Part shown: one piece after another, positions 1-12,570 of the stretch
How the letters are laid out: each line of letters opens with the position of its first letter
Position numbering within the stretch: the first letter of the stretch is position 1
Source: Haliotis cracherodii
Lineage: Eukaryota
NCBI RefSeq assembly: GCF_022045235.1
Contig: NW_027266308.1
Coordinates: 22,010,001 to 22,074,000 of the forward strand
Direction: 5' to 3'
Length of the DNA stretch: 64,000 bases
Notes under the pieces: model-generated
Seen by the model: the letters and a program-made list of their open reading frames with translations, nothing else
Database searches by the model: none
What the model was told of the DNA's origin: nothing
Made by a program: the position numbers and the translations under genes

Positions 1-365
1 CAGAGAATGTGATTGTGTGGAAAATCAAATCAGAGTTATCAACAAGTATAGATGTGTTTGGAGAAGATTAAGAGACCCCAGGCAAGCATCAGTGTCTGGA
101 CAGAGGGAGAACAGTGAATATTAGTAGAGAATGAGTTTGTGCACTGGTGTTTTACTATCTGTGTGCATGCTGGTAGTTTGAAGAGCAGATCACAAAACCA
201 ACATAAGCAGTTTTTTTCAGAATCCTAACCTCATATCTTAACTGACCAAAGACTTAGTGGCTGGAAAGATGGAGTGCAGTGAAATGTGAAAGGATGGGTT
301 GATTAGGGTATTGGCTTTTGTAGCTCACTTTTACATAATTGTAATTGTCGTGATTTACCTTGCAG

Positions 366-483
366 GTCCCCGACCCATGCTGGAGGCCTGTTTGCCATGG
401 ACCGGAAGTACTTCTTTGAGATTGGAGCGTACGACCCCGGGATGCAGATCTGGGGTGGAGAGAACTTTGAACTTTCCTTCAAG
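366..483 (+). CDS. GALNT7: GALNT7-like exon ([10 protein letters not shown]...ELSFK)
   Basis: ttgcag acceptor, AAG|gtaaac donor; WGGEN motif. Confidence 0.93.
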
Positions 484-3400
484 GTAAACATTGTGATTAG
501 TTGGCATTAACAGTTTTACTTTGTCAGAACATATTCATTACATTAAAAAATAGCAATTTGCTTCTATTTTGATGGCAGAAATTGACAGATGTGTTGAGTA
601 GAAGGCTATCACAGTTATCTCCCTTTTTGCCAGTTACCATTTTCCAATGTGAACACTTTTAAGATTCTTATTGGCTTTTACATTCCTCAGATTTGGCAGT
701 GTGGAGGCTCCATAGAGTGGGTGCCATGCTCTAGAGTGGGACATGTCTACAGGAACCATATGCCCTACTCATTTGGCAAGATCAGTCACAAGATACCTGT
801 CATCAACTTGGTAAGTCTGTTGTATACTGAAAACATTCCAATATTTGTCATGGTCTGTTAACATCCCACTCCTGGTATCAAGACCTTGGTTTGGAAGACT
901 GAAGTCAATTAGTTATATTGTACCTCTATTATGAGTGACCGTGTGGGATTGCAGGCAGAATGGAGCCCCAGTATTTGAGTGGTGAAAATGTGTGTGATTG
1001 CTGATTGTGTATTTCACCATTAGTCTGCCTGGTCAGATGTAATTATTTACAACCTGTAGGGCTTCTGGGTCAGAACAGGTCACATACATTTGTCTGTTGT
1101 GTGCAGTGGTGACCATAATATCAGGCACTGGTTTGTCTAGCCCCGATATTGTCAGTGTACCAAGATAATGATGAAATATGTTTGACTGATGTAAAACAAA
1201 ATTCACTCTTTAATGAGTTACTTAAAGCTTGTTAATGTTACGTCACTGTTTTCACATCATGTTATCTTGAGGCTTGTATTGCTGCTGACAAAGTGTTCCT
1301 ATCATGTGCAGAACTACATGCGTGTGGTGGAAGTGTGGCTTGACCCAGAGTTCCGTGAGTACTTCTACACGCGGGAGCCCACTATCCGTGGCTATCCGGT
1401 TGGCGACCTCACCAAGCAGGTGGCGTTCAAGAAGGAGAAGAAATGTAGGAGCTTCAAGTGGTTCATGGAAAACGTGGCCTATGAGGTGTATGACAGATTC
1501 CCTCCACCGCCACCAAACAAAGCCTGGGGAGAGGTAGGATGTCGTCAAAATAACTCTTGTTACCATTGTTACATCTCTCTTCTTTTACATCGGCCAACCT
1601 CATCTAATATCATTGTTTAAATCATGGAAATTGTATGCTGACATATAATCAGGATAACGAATATGCATGTTAGGGTAATGTGCAGTAATGTCCTATAACA
1701 TGAATCCTTCCTGTACAGTTCAAGGAGAAGCAGGGGACCCGATGCTGGGACACAGTGGGCCAGGGTGTGAATGGAGGTCCCATCGGGGTCTACTACTGCC
1801 ACCACGGAGGGGGCAACCAGGTAGGAACACTCACAGCTGGAACACATACATTAGCGTGAAGTAGGAAGGGCCAAATGCCATGACAACCTGTGGTGCTACT
1901 AGTTTCGTATATGGACACAGAAAACAGAAGCACAAAAGGAATATATTTAATTTCCTTGTAGCCATTATCCACTTTCATTGACATATTTAGTATGATTGTG
2001 TAGTATGGATCTAAGTAGCTTACCTTGTTGCTGAATAGAACAAATGTTTCAACACAATCAATCCATCCTAAAATATTGGTATGTCAGTGTGGTGTGTGTA
2101 TGTTATTATGAGGAACACAACATTCACCTAATGAAGGAGTAAGTATATATACTATGTTGTGTTGCTCATAATAAAGAAGTTGACATCCATAAATTCTCTT
2201 CCTCATATTATGTATATTGACTGCAGTGAATTTCAACATCATTGGCTTAAACAATACTTCTACACTCACTTGTCCCACTGGCACCACTATAATTAGCTTG
2301 CGCCATCACCAGATGCCTGAACATATCAAACCAGTCAAGATTATAGTCCATGAGAAACAATTTTTAATCTGTGAGGAAAAATCCCATTCATATTTCTATA
2401 TTTTCAAAGTTGAAGTGTTCTTCAACCCCAAATCAAAATTGTATTGTTCAAGTTTGAAACCCAAAAATATTTTAGTGTCTCTAGATTTTCTCAAGATCGG
2501 CAACATTTTGTTTTGTTTTCAGCAGTGTCAGCTTATTATAAACTATGTTCATGATATCAGTAGTTATGTCATGAGTACACCTGAATGTTTTCACTGTTTG
2601 TTCACAGCTGTATCGCCTGAACACGAAGGGGCAGATCGGTTATGGAGAGCGGTGTATTGAGTCTCCGAATGGTGACACCCTCCACATACATTACTGTGAT
2701 GTACAGCCTACCGGACCCTGGGACTATGATGAGGTAGGCCACTCCATTTAGGGGACAACTGCTTCAGCAAATCATCTTTCAGATCACATGACACATATGA
2801 TAAAACAATACTCAACCAAGCCACAAAAATGATAAAATTGAGTAAGGGGTGTAATCTCATGATTGACGACTCTTTGCTTTACCCTAACCTATCATTAGGT
2901 TTTAAGGGGCACAAATGTTAATATGATTGGCAAAAACTCCAACCTATTAATGAGTGTCATTAATATACTACTCAAAAGAAGTTAAGGATCACCTGATTCT
3001 TTCATATTACTATAGTTAATCTCTCATGTCATGACAGATTTACTTTACCATTATGAAAGAATCGGGTGATCCTTAACTTCTTTTGAGTAGAATAATAGCT
3101 TTAGACCACAGAGCACCATACCATCGACTGATATGTGTGTGCAAGTATGTGCAAGTATGTGCAAGTATGTCCATCTGAGTGCACCTGACATGCTGTGTGG
3201 TTTGCTCAACATGATGTCTCACCGTGATTGGATGAGGGAAAGGAAAATGTCCAAAGTCTCAAACTCACTTTGTTGTTGTTTGGTTTGTTATGGCATCAAG
3301 GTTTCTTTTTGTGACCTTGCAGCAGTCAGGACCATCAACAAATGTCATCGTTTGGACGATAGGAACAAATTACTTCAACTGATATAAATTAACAAACATT

Positions 3401-5181
3401 ATTTCCAACCCTGATCTGACAGATCTTTTCAATAAGCAAGGCTGAATAAAGACATGACTAAGCACTGTGGACAAATGCAGTGACATTTAGTATGGCTACC
3501 ACTGTAAGATTTCTACTTGCCCTAATTGCTACTTCAGGACATGGACCTGTAGGATTCTCCCACTGAAATCTGCCTTTACAAGGGATATAACCTTGGTGTT
3601 GACAAGTCAACAGTGGCCATTTAGGCGTTGATGCACGTCACACCATGTTGGCTCATGACCTTTTTCCATGAATGTCCAGCCATGAATTGTGTCAGAGCAT
3701 CCTGAAGCTAACATTAAGCCATGAACACTGTTAGAAAGAGATTAAGGATTTAGACCTGCTTGTCTGTATCTGAACACATAACAGTAAAACCACAAGCACT
3801 TATCATGTATAGAGACGCCAATAATAAATTTGACTAAATTTATCAGTAGTTTAGATGTTGTGGCTATTGAAATTTAATTTGAAGTATTTCTTGGTAATGA
3901 TGTGGTCTTTTATGTTATCAATTAAAAAAATAGCTTCCTAATATTGCGTTTGCCCTGATAATCGTTTTTGGTTTGTCAGCACTGTATTCATGGGGGGGCT
4001 CGGGTGACCCATCGTCAAAGGCGCCCTGATTTGCTGTGCAGAGTTGCATCTCTTGGGCACACCAGGAAGCTATGATTGTGGGTTTGAATCCCGGTTCGCC
4101 CCGATTATGTTTCTAGCTTTGTCACCACCATAGCTGTGCTCACTGCTGTGGTAAACCTCTGAGACCTGCATCACTCCAAGCTGACATGCTGTGATATAAC
4201 TGGAATACTGTTATTAAAGCGGAGTTAAACCCAACTCACTCACTGTACTCATGGGTTTCATCAAAGTGATAAATATCCAACAACCGCATCACTTCGGCTT
4301 TCGCCCTACATCCGACTGATACGCTGTGATATAACTGAAATACTGTTCACTCACAATATTGGGCTTGCCATGCTTATTGAGATTGCACGACTTCCCAACG
4401 CCTTCGACTTCACCACTAGGCTACCCCACTGTCCCATAGAATGGTGAAGTAGAAAGGTTATGTACATGTGGATAATTGATGTTTATACAAGGTTAAGGGA
4501 TGACAGATTAATGTTTACACAACAGATAAGGTTGGAGTACAAAGCCTGATAGAAGTACATATTAAACTTGGATCAACGAGGCACGTTTCAGTAAAACAAT
4601 ACAGTGATTAATATAGGCAAGGGATTGGAAGCCAGTATTAAGAAGAGAAGGATTAAGATATATATGTTATCTACATGTGTATAACCTTCCTTGGCTTGAT
4701 AATGGTGTTAGTATCTACACCGAAATGTCTCACTTATTGTGATAAAAAAAGCTGTATATCCACACAATTATCTCCCTTGGTCGCTCGTCACAATGAATGC
4801 CCGGGTTCGATTCCCCACATAGGTAGAATGTGTGAAGCTCATTTCTGGTGTCCACTGCCCTCATATTGCTGAAATATTGCTGAAAGCAGCACGAAATCCA
4901 ACTCACACGAAAGACGTTGACTCTTGGTTGCCTATCTCCAGGTCCATGATATAGCTGGAATCTTGCTGACGATGCTGCCATGACATGCTGTAGATTCACC
5001 CTAGGTATCTGTATCTCCTTCTTTTTTCTTTCAGAACTCGTATCTTATTAAAAATATCCTGCTCAGCAAATGTGTGGAGATCGGCAAAGATGAGAGATTG
5101 CATTTACAGCCATGCGACCCTGCATCGAAGAGCCAGCAATTTATTGTCAATGAAATATTCCCTTGGAAGGACAAGAGGTGA
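366..5181 (+). CDS. GALNT7: Polypeptide N-acetylgalactosaminyltransferase 7-like, 3' part; join(366..483,691..810,1312..1533,1719..1820,2608..2733,5035..5181); 5' exons lie upstream of the window
   Basis: All introns are GT..AG with continuous frame. Translation [60 protein letters not shown] (Gal/GalNAc-T motif) is followed by a ricin-B lectin domain ([14 protein letters not shown]) and a TGA stop at 5179-5181. The SPTHAGG and [16 protein letters not shown] wording matches invertebrate pgant7/gly-7 as I recall it. Confidence 0.9.
691..810 (+). CDS. GALNT7: GALNT7-like exon (IWQCGG...PVINL)
   Basis: cctcag acceptor, gtaagt donor; PCSRVGH motif. Confidence 0.93.
1312..1533 (+). CDS. GALNT7: GALNT7-like exon (NYMRVVEVW...AWGE)
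   Basis: gtgcag acceptor, gtagga donor; [11 protein letters not shown] motif. Confidence 0.92.
1719..1820 (+). CDS. GALNT7: GALNT7-like exon, lectin alpha repeat ([11 protein letters not shown]...GGNQ)
   Basis: gtacag acceptor, gtagga donor; CWD/CH..GGNQ ricin motif. Confidence 0.9.
2608..2733 (+). CDS. GALNT7: GALNT7-like exon, lectin beta repeat ([11 protein letters not shown]...WDYDE)
   Basis: tcacag acceptor, gtaggc donor; phase 0. Confidence 0.9.
2968..3090. mobile_element. Palindromic MITE (Tc1/mariner-type ends); relatives at ~10943-11060 and ~19795-19906
   Basis: ~38-bp near-perfect TIR ctactcaaaagaagttaaggatcac(c/t)gattctttcat; TA on the left flank. Confidence 0.75.
3992..4243 (+). 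mobile_element. tRNA-derived SINE family C; other copies at ~35035-35280(+), 52381-52545(-), 60667-60865(+), fragments at 38170-38250, 50420-50520, 53270-53400
   Basis: B-box ggtttgaatccc, shared body gagacctgcatcacttcgggctttcctcccac, tail ggaatactgttaaaagcggcgttaaacccaa(ctca)n. Confidence 0.75.
5035..5181 (+). CDS. GALNT7: GALNT7-like terminal coding exon (NSYLIKN...PWKDKR*)
   Basis: Strong polypyrimidine tract then tcag acceptor; KCVE..QPCD..SQQF ricin gamma repeat; TGA stop. Confidence 0.88.
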   Translation, partial: NSYLIKNILLSKCVEIGKDERLHLQPCDPASKSQQFIVNEIFPWKDKR

Positions 5182-5925
5182 CGAACTCATGCCGAGCTCA
5201 TCCTGTTGCTGTACATAGCCGTCAGTAGCATCGTCAGTCATCTGTCAACTTTCATCTTCTCAGGGAGAGGGGTATATTCACCATTAGTAGCTGCAACACT
5301 GTAGCCTGCATTTCAAGGTTATCAAACATCATACTTCAATAATGGTTTCAATAATTCTTTTGTGCATAAGACCAATGTCAGAACTTTGAATTTTGATTTT
5401 TGAAGGTTTTGAAATGAAATTATAGCTCTGAAGAAATTCAGATTCTGTCACTTATAATTAAGAGGAAGCATAATGATGTCCTTACCTTTACATCACCAAC
5501 ACTTGGTCTTGCATGTCTTTTTTCTTTTGACTGACTGTTGTTTCTTATTACGCTCTTATTTCTTTAATTGTTATAAGCCAAGATCCTTTAGACAAGCTAG
5601 GCTTTTATATAGGCTAAGCGCCCTTGGCAGGCAACTTGGAAAACTATTTTGTTCCAAGTTGGTAATTTCTTTGAGTTTTTGTCTTACATTCAGATGCAAC
5701 ATTGCAATGCTGTTGATCTCAGCATTAATGCCTCTCCCCTGATATTAGTCCTGATGTCACTGAAATACACGTCAACTCAACAAGCCATGGCATTAGTTAT
5801 AATTTCAATATCATGAATTTGTGACTTGTATTTCCAATCTGGGAATTTTTACTGACATTTGCTCAGACTCTGTAGAAAATCGGTCTCTGAGCATGTCCAG
5901 ATGAATTCATGATAAGGCCATCTTC

Positions 5926-6350
5926 CCCTGGCAAGGGAGTTTACAGACTTTAATAGTTTAGTTTCCATCCTTGTCGAACTAGGCTGGAAATAATGGAGTT
6001 ATAATTTGGACTAAAGAGTCTATGCATAGTCCAATCAAAACCCCGAAAACAAAATCAAAAACAAAATAGACATCCGGTTCATAAACAAATGTTCTTAATC
6101 AAGGTGCTCAAGTGTTTTGATGCACTTTGCAAGGTAAAAAAGATCTTTATTATTGATAAGATCGTCTTGACTTGGCGTCAGCATTTTGTTTAAAGCAAAT
6201 GCAAGTGATATTAGAGGTGGAATCTGATTAGTCAATATGGGGGACAAAGAAGGGATGTAACTCTTGTGGCACTAGATCGAGCTCAGTAATTCCATCCTAG
6301 TTCAGCAAGGGTGGAATAGACATTTAAAGTCAGTTTGCCCTTGCCAGAGA
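5926..6350. mobile_element. ~420-bp MITE with ~60-bp imperfect TIRs; further copies at ~23447-23870 (inverted, one end truncated) and ~50545-50980
   Basis: TIR core gtttccatccttgtcgaactaggctggaa / ttccatcctagttcagcaagggtggaa; shared internal aagcaaatgcaagtgatat..gtggaatctgatt.gtcaat. Confidence 0.75.
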
Positions 6351-8476
6351 CAGTTCACTGTTGTAGGTTCAAGGGTAGGGAAAAAAAAACTTGTATCCCT
6401 GATAATATGAAAATATTGCCATGGACAAAACATGTTGCTATCTGTTTGATTCAGATGATATATCAAGTCTTGACAGAAGATTTCTTAAAGTGTATAATCA
6501 TGAAAAATTGGCATCAAAACAATATGCATTGCTATGTTATCTGATTGTTATCAGGCAATGGCATTCAGTGGTCATGTTTTGTATAAAAAGGTTTTCCTTC
6601 TCTTACATACAGAAGTACTAAGAATGTTATATCAATCTTGGGAACATGTCAGGCGCAGTGTTAAGTACCTTCACAGAGTCCATCTTTGTATCTTGGTGTT
6701 AGAATCTGTTGCTATGAGAAATGTACGCAACAACGAGGGCTGTGCGACTCTGTAATCAAAATGCAAGTACTTTATATGCAACTGTGAGATGGTAGTGTAT
6801 ATTCATCGCTACATACTGTGTACATGACCAGTGACAACGAAACATTTGCTGTGGTAATCAGAAGCTCACATGTTTCTCCTTACCTAAATCCATTTTCATC
6901 ACCAGTCCATTTTGTTATTTGGAGATATTACCTAAAACACATGTTAAACCAATTACTGTAAATAATAATTTATTGATCGTCATATTTATTTGGCAGAATA
7001 TGTATCCATTTATATTAGCACTGGCATCAGTATTACTGGTTGTTCAGTCATCAAAAGACCAATGTTTATTTTTGTCTCATTGTGTACCTGTTTCTATTTT
7101 TGCAACAGAATTATAACAGATAGGTTCGTTATTCAGTTGAAATATGGTCACACTCCACACTCCAAAGTATATGATAGGATGTATTAATTGGTATTGTGTC
7201 CATTCATTTATGTGTTTATCATAGTTTACATACTAAGTCATGTGTTGTGGGAAAATACTTGTGATAACTATAAAAATATATAGCAGTGTTCATTTCAGAA
7301 GAAGAGGGGACATTTGAGGTGACCAGGCGACACACAAATATTCAAAACATTGGAATAAGCATGGCCCCTACATTTGCTTTCATTTCTCGGATACCATGAC
7401 AAGTTTATGGCCACATGTGACAGTGATATAAGACCGAGAAATGAAAGCCAGTTCGGCCAAGTAAATGAACCAGCCAATCAAAACACTTGTAAAATTGCAG
7501 TGGTCAATTCATTCAGGAGGTGTAACCTATTATTACTGAAAGCTGACTGTAGAGTTTCGAGGTTAAGATAAATGCTTAATGTATTCCAATTGCTTAAAGT
7601 TAATGATAAAAAGTTTTAGTGTTTGGATATTATGTTACACCCTTTGGGTGTGGAGATATTTATTTTTTGCACCTTTAAGGAATATTGTGTGTAAATGCCC
7701 CCATGGCCGGATTTGGAAATGAACACACTATATATATATATAACTGCCAACTATCTGAAGATGTTTCATGCGTTCTGAATTCTGTTCACCATATAATCTT
7801 AGGACAGACAGAGCCCATGTTTTTACTTGTGACGTGACTCCAAAGTTGAGATTTGAAACTGAATGTTGAAACCTTCGTTTCACTTGTAGTGCTATGAATG
7901 CCTTATTGAACTGCTGCAGCAGCTTGTCTGGGGGTGATGGAGGGGGTGCAGCCTTGTGGATGGGGCTGGTTCAGGGACCCCTTGTCAGTCAGAACTCCAT
8001 AGTCGTGTCCTAATCTTGGTATTGCACACTGTGGAATATTGCTAAAAGCAAAGCTTAGTTGCTCATCTGCACCTTGGCACTGGGATACACAGCAATGACC
8101 ATAGCTCCTGTTGTTGTACACGTTCATTTCCCGGCTGCGCTTGGGTTTCTTCAGTGTCTGTGTCTAATGGTCTGTCATTATTGTTAAGTGATTGTCAACT
8201 TATTATCACTGATGTATATCAATTGTAGGTAGGATTTGTTTTCTTTATTGAGATAGTGATTATGTCGTAATGGCGATTGCTCCCTTTCCTGTACTTTGAT
8301 GCACAGTTGACCATGTGAAACTCTACATGAAGGCGTTTGTTGCTGACATTTGAAGATGGAAAGTAATCAGAAAATGTGAATTATTATTGCTTGCCATGTC
8401 TGGTCGGTTTTTCTAATGTCATTATATTTTATTTCATTTTGCATGATATGTCAATGGGTGTTTAGTTATTGATTAT

Positions 8477-9127
8477 CAGGGCTCGATTTAGCTTTATAAA
8501 ACATGCACCAGTGCAACCAGTTATTGAAAAATGGAACCTAATATGTATGTCAACATGCACCAGATGCATGTTAAAAAAATTCAAGTTTGCGTCTGCCTAA
8601 CCCTTTTTGCCAATATACTCAATACCTCTAGCGTTTATTAACCATACTACATTTATTTCATCTCTGTCTTAGGTGATTATTGGTTATGCTTCATCAAACT
8701 GAATTTCATCAAGGGTAATTAAAGATTATACGCACATGTTCCTATTACGTTTTATAGCAGCAGGTCATAATTAATGTGACACTGGCAGCAGACGGAATAT
8801 GTTTCAGCTTTGATATATTTATGGGACCAGGGTGCAACCTGGTTTTGTCTGTTGAGGGTGCAACTCGGTTTTGTCTGGTGAGAGTGCAACCTGGCTTTGT
8901 CTGGTGAGAGTGCTACCTGGTTTTGTCTGGCGAGGGTGCAACCTGGCTTTGTCTGGCGAGGGTGCAACCTGGCTTTGTCTGGCGAGGGTGCAACCTGGTT
9001 TTGTCTGGCGAGGGTGCAACCTGGCTTTGTCTGGCGAGGGTGCAACCTGGTTTTGTCTGGTGCAAATAGGTTTTTGTATCACCATGCACCTGGTGCAAGT
9101 TAAACAAGAGCCTTAGATCGAGCCCTG
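8477..9127. mobile_element. Non-autonomous DNA transposon (hAT-like CAGGG ends) with internal minisatellite
   Basis: TIR cagggctcgat(t/c)ta...tagatcgagccctg; subterminal tgcacc/ggtgca motifs; no clear TSD. Confidence 0.7.
8828..9063. repeat. 26-bp minisatellite, ~9 copies
   Basis: Unit gagggtgcaacctgg(c/t)tttgtctggc. Confidence 0.95.
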
Positions 9128-11705
9128 TTACCTAGTGCATGAATGTAGACAGCATGGGGTATTGTGTGTGTACATCTACACCAGGTCGTTCTGTGTTTCG
9201 TCTTCTTCATGTTGGCCCAGGAAATACACATGGCATTCTTTCATAGAAGTGAACTAATTCAGCAGATGAAGTCAGTTAGACCATGTGAAAGGGACATGGA
9301 CGTACCTGTAATCTTCCAGAAACTGTTTAAGAAATTTTGGCCAACTAGGTACAGAAGTCAATCTTTGACATCCTGACCATGAATTCCACTGCTCATTGGT
9401 AGACTATGAGCATAAGACATTTACTATATCATTGAATTTGGAGGCCAAAACTACTGTGCTTATGATATAGAGGTTTCTAACATTGATGTTATCCATATTT
9501 GCCTGAAACCAACCACATCAGCCTGAGGTATCAAATTTGAAAGAATTATGAACACTGTCGTTCTTTCTATTTCCTCCTGATATGATTTACCTTACGCACT
9601 TTAACTATTTTAGGCCTCACAAATGTTTATCTGGTAAATCAGTAAATGAAATTGCCTCCCTGTCTGGATTATGAATGACTGCTTTGGAATAAGTATGATA
9701 TTTCGCTGCCATGCGTTCCTCAGTAAAACCATGGTCTAACATAAATTTGATCCTGCTAAAATATGACGTTAGAATGTCAATTCCAGGGTTGTCAGAATGT
9801 CAGTTGTTGTCTTATGGAAGAGGTTGCTGAAGCAAGGGCAGTGAAGGACGAGGGAATGTGGAAATCACCTGATGAGATAGAGGCAGCTTAATTATTAGTT
9901 AGTGATTTGTGTTTGGATGGGGAATATTTACCTTGTATATGTATATATTTCTATAGCCACCATGCTCACTGTATTTTCATAGGGTCTTTTCTTCAGACAG
10001 CTTCTGAACTTCCCTAATAACTTACTCTGAAATCATTTGAGATTTTTTAGCTGTTGTCACAAATCAACCTTTCTTTTGACAGCTATGTCCCATGTTTTCT
10101 CTAAAGAAGCTGTGGTCAGTATTTTTCCTGCTCCTGACTGATACATGGAATCTTTAGTTCTCAGTAAACATATTCAGCTTCCTACAGCTTACAGCGTACC
10201 CTTCATGAGCTTTTTAGCATCTTCTTTATCAAACATAGTTTGCTAGAGAATAAATCAAAACAAAAACTGCAGGTCCTTGTGTCAGTTGTGAATTTGAGAT
10301 GTGCTGTACCTTGCTTACCTGTTTAGAATATGTGAAAATGGTACTGAATATTTGATATGTTACAATACTGCTGTTTGAGCTCTTTGAAGATGTACTGATA
10401 TATCTGCCATCCACTTGTGTGGAGGGATTTGTATGAATGTAGTCTCTGTGTCCATTATGTTATTCAAATCATGTTACTCTTCTACTTGAGTGCCATAATT
10501 CAAGATGTTGATCAAATAATCAATCAAATCATATATTATGCTTATGGGAAATTTCATATTAATATTTACAAATGTCACAAGGGCTTAATTTTATTTAAGA
10601 TTCTTTAATAACCCTAAGGGTAAAGATACTTGAGTTCATAAAAGTCAAATGAAGCATTTGAAGTTTATTTTTGTGCTGTTATAACTTCATTGTTGACACA
10701 AGATGTTACCTGTAGCCACGATGATGATGATGATGATGATGATGTCATGCTACTGTCCTTATGACACCTCAAATTTGCTCATACCGTTTTCTACACAGTG
10801 TTCTATTTCTATCAAATAAGTGCTTTCAGTAGGCATAGAATGTGGCTTGTTTGTACATTAAGGAGCTATGCCTTATTGAAGTTTGTGTTTTGTCTCTAGT
10901 TTTTTTCAGACTGTGCCAGCTATGATGACCAATCAAATATACTGAACTAAAACAGTTAGGGATCATGAATAGGATTTTATGAAACTGGGTGCTCAGTCTT
11001 CACTACCAAAAAACTTCCCCCAAAATATTCATGTTCCCTAACTTCTTTTGTTCAGACTGTATGTATAATTTAGTGCTGTTTTTACCCTGAATAACACATC
11101 ATTTTTGATTATTATTATATTAAATCAAGCCAGTTAAGACAGATCAGATATTTGTTGAACAGTTTATAGTTTAAAGGGAAGCTTTTGGTTTTATATAATG
11201 TTATGGTATGTAACATTAGTACAACATTATTTATTACATAACAGTGTAACTTTTGTTTGAAGTTTGTCATGTGCAAGCAAACCTCCTCTTGAACCAACTT
11301 TGGGGTCAGATTAGAACTTTATAGATATCTGGACATTGCGGATTATAGAGGACTAGCAATGTCCAGTCTTCCCGTATGTGGAGAGTGAAAAATAACTATA
11401 GGTTAAATGAGTTGTCATAGTTTAATATATGTTCATTGGTTTCCAATGTGTGCCATGAAATAGATTTAAAGAAATATTATACTCAAATATTAATAGACTA
11501 TTTATCGAGAATACTCTGATCAATTGCTGCTGTTATCACTATTTATTAGTAGTAAATATCAGTTTAACTAGTCAGTGCTTGTGTGATAGTCCATTACATT
11601 TATGTGTGTGCAGGTGAATGCCTTCTATTGACAGTAACAATACTGCATTCTTTGCATATGTGGCCCATTGTATGGTCTTGCTGTTCATTGTACATGCAAA
11701 TTATA

Positions 11706-11950
11706 CCCTTGCAGATCCGGGGTAGAAGGTCTTCAGCAACCCATGCTATGCTTGTCGTTAGAGGTGACTAACGGGATCGGATGGTCAGGCTCTGACTTGG
11801 TGGATGCATTTCATCGTATCCCAATTGCGTAGATTGATGCTCATGATATCAATCACTGAATTGTCTTGTCCTTACTCGATTATTTACAGACCACCGTCAT
11901 ATAGCTTTAATATTGCTGAGTGCGGCATCAAACAATAAACCAACAAGCAA
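11706..11950 (+). mobile_element. SINE-like family A (~240 bp, no tRNA head seen); copies at ~12974-13265, 14898-15112, 19972-20205, 22851-23090, 48935-49145, 60022-60285 (+); 31115-31402, 38435-38668, 63760-63912 (-)
   Basis: Consensus gacccgtgaagatccgggttagaataggtcttcagcaacccatgcttgtcgtaagaggcgactaacgggatcgggtggtcag...gctggaatattgctgagtgcggcgttaaacaacaaac. Confidence 0.85.
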
Positions 11951-12411
11951 ACATACAAATTGGAGTGATAATAGTCAGGCTCACTTGGACTGTGTATGTC
12001 ATGTTCATTTGGAGATGAATATACAGGTTCATTTGAAGCAGTGTACATCATCTTCATTCAAACCTTGTATATCCATTTCATTTGAAGCAGTGTATATAAA
12101 TATCCGTTTGACCTGTGTATATCATATTCATTAAGAATTATATACCCATGTTCATATAAACTGTATGCCATATTCATTTGGAGTTTGTATGTCATATTCA
12201 ATTGAAACATTTTTTAAAAAGAATTTTGATGTCTAGCTTCAATTGAAATAGGATCTTTGAGTTGTCTAACAAGTTGGACAAGTAACGAATAACAGTCTAG
12301 TTTCATCAACTTGATTACAATCGTATAGATTCTTTCACCATTGTCAAAGTGATTGAAGCCATTTGAATCATGTTTGGAATCAGGTACATTGGGAACTTTC
12401 TATATATCCAG

Positions 12412-12570
12412 GGGGGTGGAGTAGCCTAGTGGTTAGGCGTTGGCTCGTAACACCAAGACCTGGGTTCAATTTCCCACATTGGTACAATGTGTGGAGCCCA
12501 TTTCTGGTGTCCCCGTGCGATATTTCTGGAATACTGCTAAAATGCGGGGTAAAAACATACTCACTCCCAC
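12412..12570 (+). mobile_element. tRNA-derived SINE family B (~160 bp); copies at ~4775-4905, 27965-28110, 51418-51577 (+); 36562-36724, 38855-38990 (-)
   Basis: A-box tagcctagtggtt, B-box gggttcgattccc, tail gctggaatattgctaaaagcggcgtaaaac..(ctca)n similar to family A tail. Confidence 0.85.
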
